Below are positions 63,701-64,000 of a stretch of DNA of 64,000 bases, piece by piece. The notes under the pieces are model-generated. The model did not search any database. It was not told the DNA's origin and saw only the letters and a list, made by a program, of their open reading frames with translations. This DNA is from Klebsormidium nitens (lineage: Eukaryota; Plantae; Klebsormidiophyceae): assembly GCA_000708835.1 (NCBI GenBank), contig DF237136.1, forward strand, positions 94,956-158,955. The letters run 5' to 3'. The position numbers and the translations under genes are program-made. Position 1 is the first letter of the stretch, and every line of letters begins with the position of its first letter.

Positions 63701-64000
63701 ATTCCACAAAGTCCTTGGGACAGTGTTTCCTTTGACTTTATCACAGGTCTTCCACGCTCAGAACGCGGGTTTGACGCAATTGTGGTATTCGTGGACAGGT
63801 TAACAAAGTTTGCGTACATTTACCCCTGCCACGGAACCATCACCGCGGAAGGATTCGCTGATGTCTGGTACGAGGTGGTGTACCGAAATGAAGGGGTGGG
63901 TCGGGAGTTCATCTCTGATAGGGACCCGAGATTCACTTTTAAGTTTTGGGAGGAAGCGTGCAAGCTTTTAGGAACGAAGCTCGCACGGTCGACTTGTAAC
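60716..64000 (+). pseudogene. pol: Retrotransposon Pol (MTase-like domain, protease, RT, RNase H, integrase), interrupted by two compensating 1-nt frameshifts; partial
   Basis: PR LFDSGSEAN (61385); RT LCVDFRALN, DLTSGYHQ and YLDD (62453-62464); RH SDASRIGLGAVL and TDHK; IN LHDSKVSGHYG..CPVC, SFDFITGLP and FISDRDPRF. The frame changes at ~63258 and returns at ~63511. Confidence 0.9.

Larger units (their letters stand above)
59235..64000 (+). mobile_element. Ty3/gypsy LTR retrotransposon (5' LTR, PBS, gag, pol); continues beyond the window
   Basis: Domain order Gag-CCHC, PR, RT, RNase H, IN. Met PBS directly follows a ..CA end. Confidence 0.95.

Noticed and set aside
1-64000. tRNA, rRNA, snRNA genes or CRISPR arrays
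   Set aside because: None recognisable by eye; a tRNAscan-SE or Infernal scan would be needed to exclude small RNAs.

Overview
Gene-dense, intron-rich eukaryotic nuclear DNA from the green-plant lineage. It is probably a streptophyte alga such as Klebsormidium, inferred from plant-type NPSN, ATP sulfurylase, GRIK and FREE1 genes and very GC3-rich internal exons. Host genes, left to right: the 3' end of an unidentified gene, NPSN SNARE (-), cytosolic leucyl-tRNA synthetase (-), a DAGK-family LCBK2-like lipid kinase (+), an unrecognised secreted protein built from four Cys-rich modules on phase-1 exons (+), a long coiled-coil protein (-), plastid-type ATP sulfurylase (+), dolichol kinase (-), GRIK/SnAK kinase (-) head-to-head with FREE1 (+), and an orphan gene (-). 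From about 53 kb the sequence is repeat-rich, with a TA-flanked MITE, an old inverted duplication and tandem repeats. A Ty3/gypsy LTR retrotransposon runs off the right end. That element has a clear -1 frameshift cassette (G_GAA_AAC, 6-nt spacer, 10-bp hairpin). It also has an extra domain of about 140 aa between Gag and protease that reads like a catalytically degenerate phage-Dam-type N6-adenine methyltransferase. Exon boundaries were read by eye and no database search was run.
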